Source: Cyanobium sp. (lineage in GTDB: Bacteria; Cyanobacteriota; Cyanobacteriia; PCC-6307; Cyanobiaceae). Taken from it: a DNA stretch of 64,000 nucleotides. Made by a program: the position numbers and the translations under genes. Positions 43,953 to 53,591 of this stretch are shown piece after piece. The stretch is from the NCBI GenBank assembly GCA_044356035.1, contig JBIKWZ010000006.1:4031-68030 (forward strand). The letters run 5' to 3'. Position 1 is the first letter of the stretch. Each line of letters starts with the position of its first letter. Under the pieces are notes generated by a model. That model was not told the origin of the DNA. It saw only the letters and a list, made by a program, of their open reading frames with translations, and did not search any database.

Positions 43953-45404
43953 TCAGGCTAGATTCAAGCGTTTAGCGATCCGACCAGCCAAGACGGCTCC
44001 ACTGTGCAGTGCACCCTCCATGTAGCCAGTGAACAATAAACTGGCATACTCTCCAGCAAAAAAGAGTTTATCCTGAATGCCTTCCTCCAGCCGTGGGTAG
44101 ATGCTAGTCACTTCACCTAAAGATGGGCAGCTATAGCCGCAAGCTGTCCAGCGCTCTTCGGGCCAAGCCATAAACAATTGTTTCCGCACTGCACTTCCAT
44201 AATGTGGATAAATCGCATTGATCCATGTCGTCATCTGAGCATCACGCTGCCTCTTCGGAATTTGCAAACACTGCTGTGCAGCGGCTCCTCCTGAAAAAAC
44301 GGTGAAGGCGCCAGCGTCTTGGGGTGTAAGCCGTTGGCCATCACTCGCATCCCAGGTTTCACCGATCGCTGTCGATGTCAGAGCGTTAGGTCCAAGGTCT
44401 GAATCCTGCCAGAATGGTCTGTCAACAGCACTGATGTATTTAATGGCGGGCCCAGCAAAGGGCCTCAATTCAGCAGCCAATTGAGGCTGGATCTCCATTT
44501 GTGCCCAAGTGGATGGAGGCGCCGTGAACACCACCAGATCGCCACGGAACTGCTGGCCGTCAGCAGTGGTAAGAAGAACGCCATTGTGTTGCAGAGAAAC
44601 TCGCTCAACGGGCGTCCGCAAGGCAATGCGGTCACTACCGATAGCAGAAGCGAGTTTAGTAGCAAGAGCTTGATTTCCCTCAGCACAGCGATAGATCTCG
44701 GATTCTGTCCAAAAGGCCTCAATGCCGCCCCCAGCAATCGTGCTCAAAATCCCCAGATAACTGGCCTCAGAGGGGTTGGTCGCAGAATCATTAGCAAGCA
44801 ATGCCAAGGCCGCGGCGCGAACATCGGGCTCAACCGACCAATGGCTGGCAACATCAGCAAGCGAACGTTGATCAAGCCGTGCAGCATCGGCTGTGAGCCA
44901 GGGGCGATCGCGGTTGATGAACCTCGCATCGCTATTCATCAAGGCTAAAGCCTTATACATCTCTGCGAAAAGACGGTTAGCTGCTTGGTTAGTATAAGAT
45001 TTGCCATTGATCAGCAAGGGTGAAGCAAGATCATCATCATCACTGACATCTCGCATTGTGAGTCCAAATTCCTTGGCATAGGCCATCCAAGTGGGGTGAT
45101 TGCCACCAACTAATTCAGCCCCAACTTCAATCAGCTGACCGGGAATAACATTACCAAGTGTAAGGACACGACCACCTAAGCGGTTGCGGGCTTCTAGAAC
45201 CAATACATCCGCTCCGGCGCGGTGCAGTTGATAAGCGCAGCTCAAGCCAGCGAAACCAGCACCGATGATGAATACTCTAGGGCGCAAAATAGACTGGGCA
45301 GTGGTTTGGCGCTGGGGCAACATCAGCGCTGCTCCCGCCGCTAGCGAGGCTTGGAGAAAACGGCGACGACTAATAGCACTGGGGACCGCTCCCACACGGC
45401 GCAT
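43953..45404 (-). CDS. Tat-signal (periplasmic) FAD amine / L-amino-acid oxidase, paralogue 3
   Basis: SRRRFLQASLAAGAALMLP (twin-arginine), RVFIIGAGFAGLSCAYQLHRAGADVLVLEARNRLGGR, C-terminal LFFAGEYASLLFTGYMEGALHSG. Start set at the ATG at 45404. Confidence 0.85.
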   Translation of the reverse strand: MRRVGAVPSAISRRRFLQASLAAGAALMLPQRQTTAQSILRPRVFIIGAGFAGLSCAYQLHRAGADVLVLEARNRLGGRVLTLGNVIPGQLIEVGAELVGGNHPTWMAYAKEFGLTMRDVSDDDDLASPLLINGKSYTNQAANRLFAEMYKALALMNSDARFINRDRPWLTADAARLDQRSLADVASHWSVEPDVRAAALALLANDSATNPSEASYLGILSTIAGGGIEAFWTESEIYRCAEGNQALATKLASAIGSDRIALRTPVERVSLQHNGVLLTTADGQQFRGDLVVFTAPPSTWAQMEIQPQLAAELRPFAGPAIKYISAVDRPFWQDSDLGPNALTSTAIGETWDASDGQRLTPQDAGAFTVFSGGAAAQQCLQIPKRQRDAQMTTWINAIYPHYGSAVRKQLFMAWPEERWTACGYSCPSLGEVTSIYPRLEEGIQDKLFFAGEYASLLFTGYMEGALHSGAVLAGRIAKRLNLA

Positions 45405-45776
45405 CAACTGAGTGATCGCCCTAGTTTTCAAAGTGGGAATGCTTTTTCCATAAACCTTTATAGCGGGGCCCCGAGGAAAATGCAAGCAATGCGGCGTCAG
45501 CCGCCAAAGCAGAAGCAGTACCTGGCCAACAAGATATTTACAATAAAACTAATCGCCTAAGCGTTGCGACAATCAGCCAGCAGAATCAGGCCGTTGCAGG
45601 AACACGATACGTTGGTTTCAGTCGAGCGGACTATTTCGATTGGGACGGTCTCAACATCCTGGGCGGCGATACAGTGAACATCCTGTTAGCGCCACCCTAG
45701 CTTCGAGCATTTGTCAGTCAGTCCTGCTGTACCCAAGCCTAAAAATTATCGCAGATCAGTTCTCCAAACAAGCACC

Positions 45777-46396
45777 ATGGATTTCTTCGAACGGCAATGG
45801 AGTTCTTTCCGAGCGATCGTGGACCACGACCTCATAGAGCATCATCGTTCGGTAGCTGACTGGACCGCAGAGGAGTTGAAGCGCTGGCTATCCAAGCGTC
45901 CCGCATCTGCATCCGCACCGTCAATGGTGGATTTTGGCTGTGGTGATCTGGCCCTGCTTGCCCCCATGGTTCTCGGCCCGGTGCCCTACACCACTCACTA
46001 GCGAGAGGGAGACCTGCACCAGTGGGCCGGCACCAGGCCGGACATCCTGCATTCCGAATTTGACTTCACCACCTAGACAGTGATCAGAAATTACAAATCC
46101 CAAAGGGCGAACGTCGTCGCGTGAAGCCTGGTGGAATTTTCACCTGGGCAGATGTATTCTGTGAGCCAGGTGCATCACTAACTGGTTATGCCGATCGCTA
46201 CGCAGAACGCATTAAACATAGTTGGTCGATACTTGATCTAGAACAACGCATGCATGTGGGGCCCATCAACGGCAGTTCGACATCCCAGCGGAACAGCAAT
46301 TCATTGAAAATGCCGCAAGATCACAGGCTGCACTGGGAGAGGGCATGGCAAGGGCAACATCAAGCAGAAGCTGTGGCGGTATTAAAACCAACCTGA
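45777..46396 (+). pseudogene. Fragmented class I SAM-dependent methyltransferase
   Basis: MDFFERQW...MVDFGCGDLALLAP (motif I) ends at a TAG at 46001. After ~120 nt with further stops, VKPGGIFTWADVF (post-II motif) resumes in another ORF (46121..46396). A third frame carries a plausible continuation ...QRQFDIPAEQQFIENAARSQAALGEG. At least two disruptions. Confidence 0.6.
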
Positions 46397-46457
46397 GCCT
46401 ACTGCGGCGTAGATACAACTCAAGGCCACTGATAGTCGTTTATCCAGCAGAGCAGCT

Positions 46458-47948
46458 TTAGAATCTAAAACTGACCTTGATCAAGCAGCCCAGCTGGTTG
46501 AAACTCTCGCCAGCAGGGGTATCCGCACCTAACGGACGATAGAGATAAAATATGGCTGGAGTCACGGCAATATTATCAGTCAACTGGATGCTGTACCACC
46601 ACTCCCACACATAGTTACCATCATTAGGTGTATCAGAGCCGTAAAGGCTGGTAGCAAAGGTTGCTTGACCAGCAGCCATTCCCAGCGTATTGCCTTTAGC
46701 AAAGGCATCTGACCATTGCAGACCCACAGCCCACGACTGACTAAGTGAAACGAGGCCGAGATCATTCACATCACTTGAGTAGGTGGTTCTGTTAATACCC
46801 CAACCAACACTGATCGATGGGAGCCAGCCAGATTGAGCAGGTTGCCAATAGCCACTGAGCCCAAAGGCTGAGGTATAGCCCGAATTTCTGAAGCTGGCGA
46901 GCGTAAAATTGGTGGCATATAGGATTAGGCCTTGACCATTCTGAACAGCAGAGTAAATTGCAGCGATTGCCCATTGATCAGCGCTATAGCCAATTTGCAC
47001 AGTGCTAGTACTACCCGAATCCTTAGTGGCGATCCCGCCCTGACCCGCCTCACTCCCGCCTCCATTAGCAGCAACATAATTAACACTAATCGAAAAGCGA
47101 TTTTTCTTCCACCACGCACCCGCACCCACACCGAGATTTAAATTATTGGCACCTATTGAACCCGCAGAAGTCATAAGGTCCAGAATAGAGTCCGATGGAT
47201 ACAGGCTGGGCCAAACCGCCAACATATTATCTTGTTCAACCCGCGGGCCAATGGTGAACGTGAAATCACCAATCGGGACCTGATAATAAAGTCGATTCAC
47301 TGAAAATCGATCGGCTCTTGACGCCTCTTGGAAAGCCACCTCTAACTGCGATAGAGCACTAGGTCCAGCCCCACCGAAGCTATTGCGTGTTGAGTCAAAA
47401 TTTCCAGCCCTAAGTCTTATATGAAGCAAATCACGACCGTTAAAGCTAGTATCCAGCATCAGCCTCGTATCGTAGTTAAAAGTAGTCGCCCCATATTCAC
47501 GACTGCTACGATCCACGAGATCCGATGCGCTACCCTCGAAAGAGCTGCCACCCAAAACGAAAGTGCTTTGCCCCGACAGTGTCGTTGTTGGCGTGAATTG
47601 CATAACTTCCAGTGCAGCAACCCGCGTTTCAATATTATCCACCATGGCATTAGTGTAAGCCAGGTGTATTTCATCACTAATATCTAATACGTTGACGAGA
47701 AAGCTCTCGTCAACGGCCTTGTAAGACTTCGCTTCAAACGTAACGCCCTGATGAGCGTGCCTGGGAGCAACCTCCTCCTCTGGGCAGACGTAGGGGAATG
47801 AAAATGTGCAACCACTGGGTTGATTCTCAGTCGGCCCAGGCGCTGCCGAGGCACTACCGTCGCATGCGATATGCGAAGACAGGCTCAACGCAAATAAAGA
47901 AGCATGAAACCTCTTCAATGCCCCATATAAACTCCGATAGCTATGCAT
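46458..47948 (-). CDS. Cyanobacterial OprB-family porin
   Basis: Signal peptide, coiled segment NIETRVAALEVMQF, then TTTLSGQSTFVLGG...FNYDTRLMLDTSFNGRDLLHIRLRAGNF and a beta-strand pattern ending ...KVSFRF. Starts 4 nt after the upstream ATPase gene. Confidence 0.8.
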   Translation of the reverse strand: MHSYRSLYGALKRFHASLFALSLSSHIACDGSASAAPGPTENQPSGCTFSFPYVCPEEEVAPRHAHQGVTFEAKSYKAVDESFLVNVLDISDEIHLAYTNAMVDNIETRVAALEVMQFTPTTTLSGQSTFVLGGSSFEGSASDLVDRSSREYGATTFNYDTRLMLDTSFNGRDLLHIRLRAGNFDSTRNSFGGAGPSALSQLEVAFQEASRADRFSVNRLYYQVPIGDFTFTIGPRVEQDNMLAVWPSLYPSDSILDLMTSAGSIGANNLNLGVGAGAWWKKNRFSISVNYVAANGGGSEAGQGGIATKDSGSTSTVQIGYSADQWAIAAIYSAVQNGQGLILYATNFTLASFRNSGYTSAFGLSGYWQPAQSGWLPSISVGWGINRTTYSSDVNDLGLVSLSQSWAVGLQWSDAFAKGNTLGMAAGQATFATSLYGSDTPNDGNYVWEWWYSIQLTDNIAVTPAIFYLYRPLGADTPAGESFNQLGCLIKVSFRF

Positions 47949-47952
47949 AGCA

Positions 47953-48708
47953 TTATTGGCGACTCAGGAAGTTACGGAGACGCTCACTTCTGGGATTATT
48001 AAATACTACTACGGGGTCCCCCTGCTCTTCAATCAGGCCATTATTGAAAAACAACACCTGGTTGGACACGTCGCGCGCAAAGCGCATTTCGTGAGTTACA
48101 ACCAACATCGTCATGCCACTTTCAGCCAACACTTTCATCACCTGCAGCACTTCACCCACAAGCTCAGGATCAAGAGCACTAGTAGGTTCATCAAAAAGCA
48201 TCACGGCGGGATTCATGCAGAGACTACGCGCAATGGCCACCCGTTGCTTTTGCCCACCCGAAAGCTGACTGGGATAAGAATCTGCACGATTCAACAGGCC
48301 GACCAGGGACAAATGGTGCTCGGCAAGTTTTTGACACTCTTCAAGCTGTAATCCCAACACCTGTCGAGGTGCGAGTACGAGATTTTCTATGACTGTAAGA
48401 TGCGGAAATAGGTTAAATTGTTGAAACACCATCCCCACGCTCATCCGAAGCTGACGGAGCTGTTTCCATTGAAGAGGAGTCCCTGGCACATTCTGCCCCA
48501 TCACCCACAATTCGCCGCCATGGAAGCTCTCCAGCCGATTGAGGCAGCGAAGGAACGTGCTTTTGCCGCAGCCGGATGGACCAATAATTGAAACCACGTC
48601 ACCGGCATGAACCGTGGCACTCACACCTTGTAGCACCTTGATGTCGCCATAGCTTTTGTGTAAATCCCTGCACTGAAGCACAGGTTCAGGTCCAAGGGGG
48701 GTCATCAT
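47953..48708 (-). CDS. Polar amino-acid ABC transporter ATP-binding protein (GlnQ/BgtA-like)
   Basis: Walker [29 protein letters not shown], Walker [14 protein letters not shown]-loop VVTHEM. Start set at the ATG at 48708. Confidence 0.92.
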   Translation of the reverse strand: MMTPLGPEPVLQCRDLHKSYGDIKVLQGVSATVHAGDVVSIIGPSGCGKSTFLRCLNRLESFHGGELWVMGQNVPGTPLQWKQLRQLRMSVGMVFQQFNLFPHLTVIENLVLAPRQVLGLQLEECQKLAEHHLSLVGLLNRADSYPSQLSGGQKQRVAIARSLCMNPAVMLFDEPTSALDPELVGEVLQVMKVLAESGMTMLVVTHEMRFARDVSNQVLFFNNGLIEEQGDPVVVFNNPRSERLRNFLSRQ

Positions 48709-48758
48709 GGGACTTCCGACTGTCTTCAGGGGATATGGCGCACCGGCCAAAACTCAGT

Positions 48759-50237
48759 ATGCGGCAAATGGCCAGCGTGTGGCGAAGACTTGCCCTTCTT
48801 GTCATTGGCCTGATGGCAGTGAGCCTTCAGAGCGCACTTTGGGCCATGCCAGCACAAGCCTGGAAAGTAGGTACCGATCCTACATTCCCGCCATTTGAGT
48901 TCCGCGACACATCGACTGGTGCAATTACAGGCTTTGACATAGAGCTAATCGAGGCGATTGGCAAGCAGTCTGGACACTCCATAGAATGGATACCCTTGCC
49001 GTTCGACGGCCTGATTCCAGCCCTGCAATCCCGCAGTGTCGACGCTGCAATCAGCGCAATGACCGTCACACCAGAACGGGCTCGTGCTGTCGACTTTAGT
49101 CGTCCTTATTTCAAAGCGGGGCAGGCGATTGTTGTGCGCACCAATGGCCCCTCCTTCAGCACTCTTGCTGAGCTAAAAGGGCGCCGCATCGCAGTTCAGA
49201 TCGGCACCACTGGCGCTCAAGAAGCAGGCAAAATAACTGATGCCCAGGTCATTAGTTTTGACTCTACCCCCACGGCGCTACAGGAGCTCGCCAACGGCAA
49301 TGCCGATGCTGTTGTCAGTGATGTTCCCGCTATCTTGTATGCGATTGATCAAGCCAAACTCACTGGTCTGCGAATCTCCGGAGAACACCTCAGCACAGAA
49401 TATTATGGCATTGCACTCCCCACCAATTCCCCAATAGCTCCAGCTATTAATCAGGCACTCAATGCGCTGATTGAAGATGGTCAATATGCAACGCTCTATG
49501 AAAGATGGTTTGGCGCAGAGCCACCAGCGCTTCCAGATCGTGCTCCCAGCCTGACGCGCCCTGCTTCTCCGTTAGCGGGACTCGACCTCAACATGTTGTT
49601 GAGCAACTTGCTTAAGGGCGCTGGCGTGACCCTGCTGCTCACCGTGCTTTCTTTCAGTTTCGGACTGTTAGGCGGCACAGCACTCGCCATGGTGCTGCAA
49701 GTCCCTTGGGCATTCGCCCACCGACTCTGCCGTATCTATATCGATTTTTTCCGTGGCACGCCGATGCTTGTGCAGTTGTTTCTTATTTATTTTGGACTCC
49801 CAGCACTGTTGCAAAGCATGGAGCTCCCCTTCACAATCAACAGGTTGGCTGCAGCCGTTATAGCGCTGAGCCTCAATGTTGCTGCCTATCTGGCTGAGAC
49901 GCTGCGCAGCGGAATTGAATCGATAGACAGGGGGCAATGGGAGGCCGCTGATGCATTGGGCTTCAGCCCAGTTGAACGCATGCGTTGCATAGTAGCACCG
50001 CAGGCCATTCGACGGATTTTACCACCACTTGCCAACGAATTCATTACTTTAATCAAAGACACAAGCCTCGCAGCTGTCATCGGATTTGATGAGCTTTTCA
50101 GACAGGGCCAACTGATGGTGGCCACCTCTTACCGTGCATTCGAAATCTACATTGCCGTTGCACTGGTATATCTCGTCATGACCACTACGGCCTCAATTCT
50201 CTTTAAGCGCTTGGAAGCCCGTATGCACATCCCTTGA
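48759..50237 (+). CDS. Fused periplasmic-binding plus permease subunit of a polar/basic amino-acid ABC transporter (BgtB/GlnHP-like)
   Basis: Signal peptide, SBP domain (KVGTDPTFPPFEF...GFDIELI...DAAISAMTVTPERA...), then a permease with FFRGTPMLVQLFLIYFGLP and the EAA loop QWEAADALGFSPVERMRCIVAPQA. Start set at the ATG at 48759 to avoid overlap with the divergent ATPase gene. Confidence 0.88.
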   Translation: MRQMASVWRRLALLVIGLMAVSLQSALWAMPAQAWKVGTDPTFPPFEFRDTSTGAITGFDIELIEAIGKQSGHSIEWIPLPFDGLIPALQSRSVDAAISAMTVTPERARAVDFSRPYFKAGQAIVVRTNGPSFSTLAELKGRRIAVQIGTTGAQEAGKITDAQVISFDSTPTALQELANGNADAVVSDVPAILYAIDQAKLTGLRISGEHLSTEYYGIALPTNSPIAPAINQALNALIEDGQYATLYERWFGAEPPALPDRAPSLTRPASPLAGLDLNMLLSNLLKGAGVTLLLTVLSFSFGLLGGTALAMVLQVPWAFAHRLCRIYIDFFRGTPMLVQLFLIYFGLPALLQSMELPFTINRLAAAVIALSLNVAAYLAETLRSGIESIDRGQWEAADALGFSPVERMRCIVAPQAIRRILPPLANEFITLIKDTSLAAVIGFDELFRQGQLMVATSYRAFEIYIAVALVYLVMTTTASILFKRLEARMHIP

Positions 50238-50284
50238 GTAGCAGGGCATTCAGAAACTGAAAATGCACTCGATCAAGCCAGCTC

Positions 50285-51622
50285 TCAGCTGTGCTCGCGC
50301 AGAAAGGTGATCGTGCCCTCAAGCTCCTCAGCGAAGCGGTCGATCTCTTCAGGGGTGGTTGTGAAGCCCAGGCTGGCGCGAGCTGAGCCGGGAAGACCAT
50401 AGAGGCGGTGCAGGGGCTGGGTGCAGTGATGGCCGCTGCGGATGCAGATGCCGGCTGAATCCAGCAGGGCGGAGATGTCGTTGGCGTGCAGGCCATCCAC
50501 CGTGAAGGCCGCCAGGGCGCCGCGATCGGGTTGCTGCTCGGGGGTGGGACCCAAGATATGCACTCCCTCGATCGCCTGGAGACGCGCAAAGAGCTGGCGG
50601 GTGAGCTGCTGCTCCCAGGCGTGGATGCGCTCAAGACCAATGGAACTGAGGTAGTCGAGGGCGGCACCCATGCCGATCGCCTCGCCGATGGCCGGAGTGC
50701 CCGCCTCAAATTTGTGGGGCAACTCGGCCCAGCTGCTGTGATCGAGGTAAACGTCCTGGATCATCTCGCCGCCGCCCAGGAAGGGCGGCATCGCCTCAAG
50801 CAGCTCCTCGCGGGCCCAAAGAAAGCCCATGCCGGTGGGGCCACAGAGCTTATGGGAGCTGCCCACCAGGAAATCGCAGCCCAGCTGGGCCACATTCACC
50901 ACCAGATGGGGCAGGCTCTGACAGGCGTCCACCAGCACCAGAGCGCCAGCGGCGTGGGCCAGCTCCACCACCTGCTCAATCGGGTTCAGGCAGCCAAGGG
51001 TGTTGCTCACCTGCACCAGGCTCACGAGCTTGGTGCGCTCGCTGATCTGGCAACGCAGATCCTCCAGATCCAGCTCACCGCTCTCAGTGAGGCCCGCATG
51101 GCGCAACACACAGCCAGTGCGCGCCGCCAGCAGCTGCCAGGGGACCAGGTTGGAGTGGTGCTCCATCACCGTGAGCAACACCTCATCACCGGGGCCCAGG
51201 TTGGCCTCGCCCCAGCTGCGAGCCACCAAGTTGATCGCCTCGCTGGCATTGCGGGTGAACACGATTTCTCGCGCATTGGCCGCACCAATGAAGGTGGCGG
51301 TTTTGCTGCGGGCTGCCTCAAAGCCTTCAGTGGCGCGAGCACTGAGCTGGTGGGCGCCGCGGTGCACGTTGGCGTTGTCGTGGTCATAGTAGTGCTGCAG
51401 GGCCGCCAATACCTGACGGGGCTTCTGGCTGGTGGCGGCGTAATCGAGGTAGATCAGCGGCTGGCCAAGGCAAGCCGTTTGGGCCAGCAGGGGGAAATCA
51501 GGCCGGGTGAGGGCAGCAAGATTTGGCGCGACCACCTCAATGCTGGGCGGGGTTAAGGCGGTGTTTGCTGAGGTGGTTGCTGCAGTAGTTGCTGCGGTGG
51601 TTGTGGTGGTGCTGGTGGTCAT
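50285..51622 (-). CDS. sufS: Cysteine desulfurase SufS
   Basis: IYLDYAATSQKP, NVHRGAH, PLP-Lys region SSHKLCGPTGMGFLW, catalytic-Cys loop IRSGHHCTQPL. Unusual Thr/Ala-rich N-terminal extension. Confidence 0.93.
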   Translation of the reverse strand: MTTSTTTTTAATTAATTSANTALTPPSIEVVAPNLAALTRPDFPLLAQTACLGQPLIYLDYAATSQKPRQVLAALQHYYDHDNANVHRGAHQLSARATEGFEAARSKTATFIGAANAREIVFTRNASEAINLVARSWGEANLGPGDEVLLTVMEHHSNLVPWQLLAARTGCVLRHAGLTESGELDLEDLRCQISERTKLVSLVQVSNTLGCLNPIEQVVELAHAAGALVLVDACQSLPHLVVNVAQLGCDFLVGSSHKLCGPTGMGFLWAREELLEAMPPFLGGGEMIQDVYLDHSSWAELPHKFEAGTPAIGEAIGMGAALDYLSSIGLERIHAWEQQLTRQLFARLQAIEGVHILGPTPEQQPDRGALAAFTVDGLHANDISALLDSAGICIRSGHHCTQPLHRLYGLPGSARASLGFTTTPEEIDRFAEELEGTITFLREHS

Positions 51623-52731
51623 GGATACTCCCGCAGCAGCAGCTTTAGCGGATTCAGGGCCGCCGCCGCCGCGGGAAGCTCGCGCAACACCTCCTCGCAG
51701 TAGCCCCGCAACAGCAAGCGTGAGGCTTGTTCAGCGCCAATACCCCGGCTCTGCAGATAAAAAAGCTCGTTCTGCTGCAGTCGACTAATGGTGGCGCCGT
51801 GGGCGCACTTGACATCGTCCGCGACGATTTCAAGCTCGGGTTTGGTATCCACACGGGCCCGATCGGAGAGCAACAGGCTGCGGCTGAGCTGGGCGGCGTT
51901 GGTTTGCTGGGCGCTGCGCGGCACCCGCACGGCCCCGTTGAACACGCTGCGCCCGGCCCGATCAGCTACCACCTTGTGGAGCTGGTCAAGCTGCCCATCG
52001 GGGCCTTCAAAACGCACTTGGCTGTGGGTGTCGGCCAACTCTTGGCCATCCACCAGCTGCAGGGCCCGCAGCCGGGTCTGGGCCGCTCCCTCCAGCTGGC
52101 TGATGCAGGGCTCGAGCCGGCTTAGGGCCCAACCCCCAACCGCGGTGGTGAGCTGGAGGGAGCTGGCAGGAGCCTGGCTGATCGACAGGTGGCTGAGCAG
52201 GCTGGCGCGGGCATCGCCAGGCGCCAGCAGCCCCAGATTGAGCTGGGCGCCGCGGCCAAGCTGGGCCACCGCTACCAAGCTGGTGGCATTGGGGCCACTG
52301 GAGCCGTGCTGGATCAGCAGCTCCAAGCTGGCGCCCTCCTCAAGCACGAGCACCAGCTGCAGTGCCAGCAGCCCCGGCGCCGCACCGGCATCAAAATGCA
52401 ATTGCAACGGATCAGCCGCTCCAGCCACCCGCAAAGCCAGACAGCGGGGCGAAGCGCCTTGGTTTAGCCGCACCGACCAAGCATCGCTGCCGCCTGTGGC
52501 CTTCAGCACCTGCTGCTGCAACCCCTGCACCTGATCAGCTCCGATGCGGCTAATGCCCGCAGGCAAGCTGAGTTGGGCGAATGGATCGACACCACTCCAG
52601 AGCTCGGGCGCCAAGGCCTCTAGGGCAGCCAGGCCTGTGAATCGCCATTCCTCCTGATTTCGGCCCGGCAGGGGCACGCCAGCAAGCTGGGTGAGCCAAT
52701 CAGCAGTATTTGGCATAACCGCAGCTGGCAT
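51619..52731 (-). CDS. sufD: Fe-S cluster assembly protein SufD
   Basis: C-terminal [35 protein letters not shown] is typical of SufD. Start set at the ATG at 52731, which forms an ATGA overlap with the sufC stop. ATGA overlap with the sufS start as well. Confidence 0.88.
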   Translation of the reverse strand: MPAAVMPNTADWLTQLAGVPLPGRNQEEWRFTGLAALEALAPELWSGVDPFAQLSLPAGISRIGADQVQGLQQQVLKATGGSDAWSVRLNQGASPRCLALRVAGAADPLQLHFDAGAAPGLLALQLVLVLEEGASLELLIQHGSSGPNATSLVAVAQLGRGAQLNLGLLAPGDARASLLSHLSISQAPASSLQLTTAVGGWALSRLEPCISQLEGAAQTRLRALQLVDGQELADTHSQVRFEGPDGQLDQLHKVVADRAGRSVFNGAVRVPRSAQQTNAAQLSRSLLLSDRARVDTKPELEIVADDVKCAHGATISRLQQNELFYLQSRGIGAEQASRLLLRGYCEEVLRELPAAAAALNPLKLLLREYP

Positions 52732-53534
52732 CACAGCACCTCCGCAGGTTCCCGGCTCAGGCTGGCCAGCTCCTGATCCACCCATTCGTAACCAGTGCGC
52801 TCAAGCTCCAAGGCCAGCTCCTTGCCTCCGGTGCGCAGGATCCGGCCAGCCGCCATCACATGGACGTAATCGGGGGTGATCAGATCCAGCAAGCGCTGGT
52901 AGTGGGTGATCAGCAAGGTGGCATTGTCCGGGCCAGCGAGTTGATTGACCCCATCAGCCACGATGCGTAGGGCGTCGATATCAAGGCCAGAATCGGTTTC
53001 ATCGAGAATCGCCACTAGAGGCTCAAGTAGAGCCATCTGCAAGATCTCGTTGCGCTTTTTTTCGCCACCGGAGAAGCCTTCGTTGACACTGCGATCTAAG
53101 AATGCAGGATCCATCTGCACCACCTTGAGGCGCTCGCGCACGAGGTCTTCGAAAGCAAAGGTGTCCAGCTCCTCCTCACCCCTTTGAGCGCGTCGGGCAT
53201 TAGTGGAAACCCGTAGGAATTCAAGGTTGCTAACCCCCGGGATCTCCACCGGGTATTGAAATCCCAGAAACAAGCCCAAGCGGGAACGCTGCTCTGGCGC
53301 TAGCTCAAGTAGGTCTGAGCCCATATAGGAAACTGACCCGGCTGTGACCGCATAGGCGGGATGGCCAGCCAGCACTTTGGAAAGGGTGCTTTTGCCGCTG
53401 CCATTGCGCCCCATCACTGCGTGGATTTCCCCAGCTCGGATCGTGAGGTTCACCCCTTTAAGGATTGGCTGCTCCTCAACCCGAGCGTGCAGATCACAAA
53501 TTTCGAGCAATACCGGGGCGTCTGGGCGAATCAC
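52731..53534 (-). CDS. sufC: Fe-S cluster assembly ATPase SufC
   Basis: Walker [47 protein letters not shown]. Confidence 0.95.
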   Translation of the reverse strand: MIRPDAPVLLEICDLHARVEEQPILKGVNLTIRAGEIHAVMGRNGSGKSTLSKVLAGHPAYAVTAGSVSYMGSDLLELAPEQRSRLGLFLGFQYPVEIPGVSNLEFLRVSTNARRAQRGEEELDTFAFEDLVRERLKVVQMDPAFLDRSVNEGFSGGEKKRNEILQMALLEPLVAILDETDSGLDIDALRIVADGVNQLAGPDNATLLITHYQRLLDLITPDYVHVMAAGRILRTGGKELALELERTGYEWVDQELASLSREPAEVL

Positions 53535-53591
53535 AGCAGGTAAGGAAAGGCAGGGAAGGGGGAACGGACAGACAGAACAGATCGGAGCGGC

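Larger units (their letters stand above)
35090..50270. other. Low-GC island 2: amine / basic-amino-acid uptake, oxidation and sensing genes
   Basis: The composition shift at both borders is visible by eye (flanks GC-rich, most island genes near 50%). Two pseudogenes lie inside. No integrase, tRNA or terminal repeats were seen. Confidence 0.6.

Noticed and set aside
35090-50270. Calling island 2 (and islets 1 and 3) mobile elements
   Set aside because: No integrase, transposase, flanking tRNA or terminal direct or inverted repeats could be found by eye. Only compositional evidence supports horizontal origin, so they are listed as type other.
50486-51556. 356-aa plus-strand ORF
   Set aside because: It is antisense to sufS. 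It has no motifs and shadow-ORF composition.
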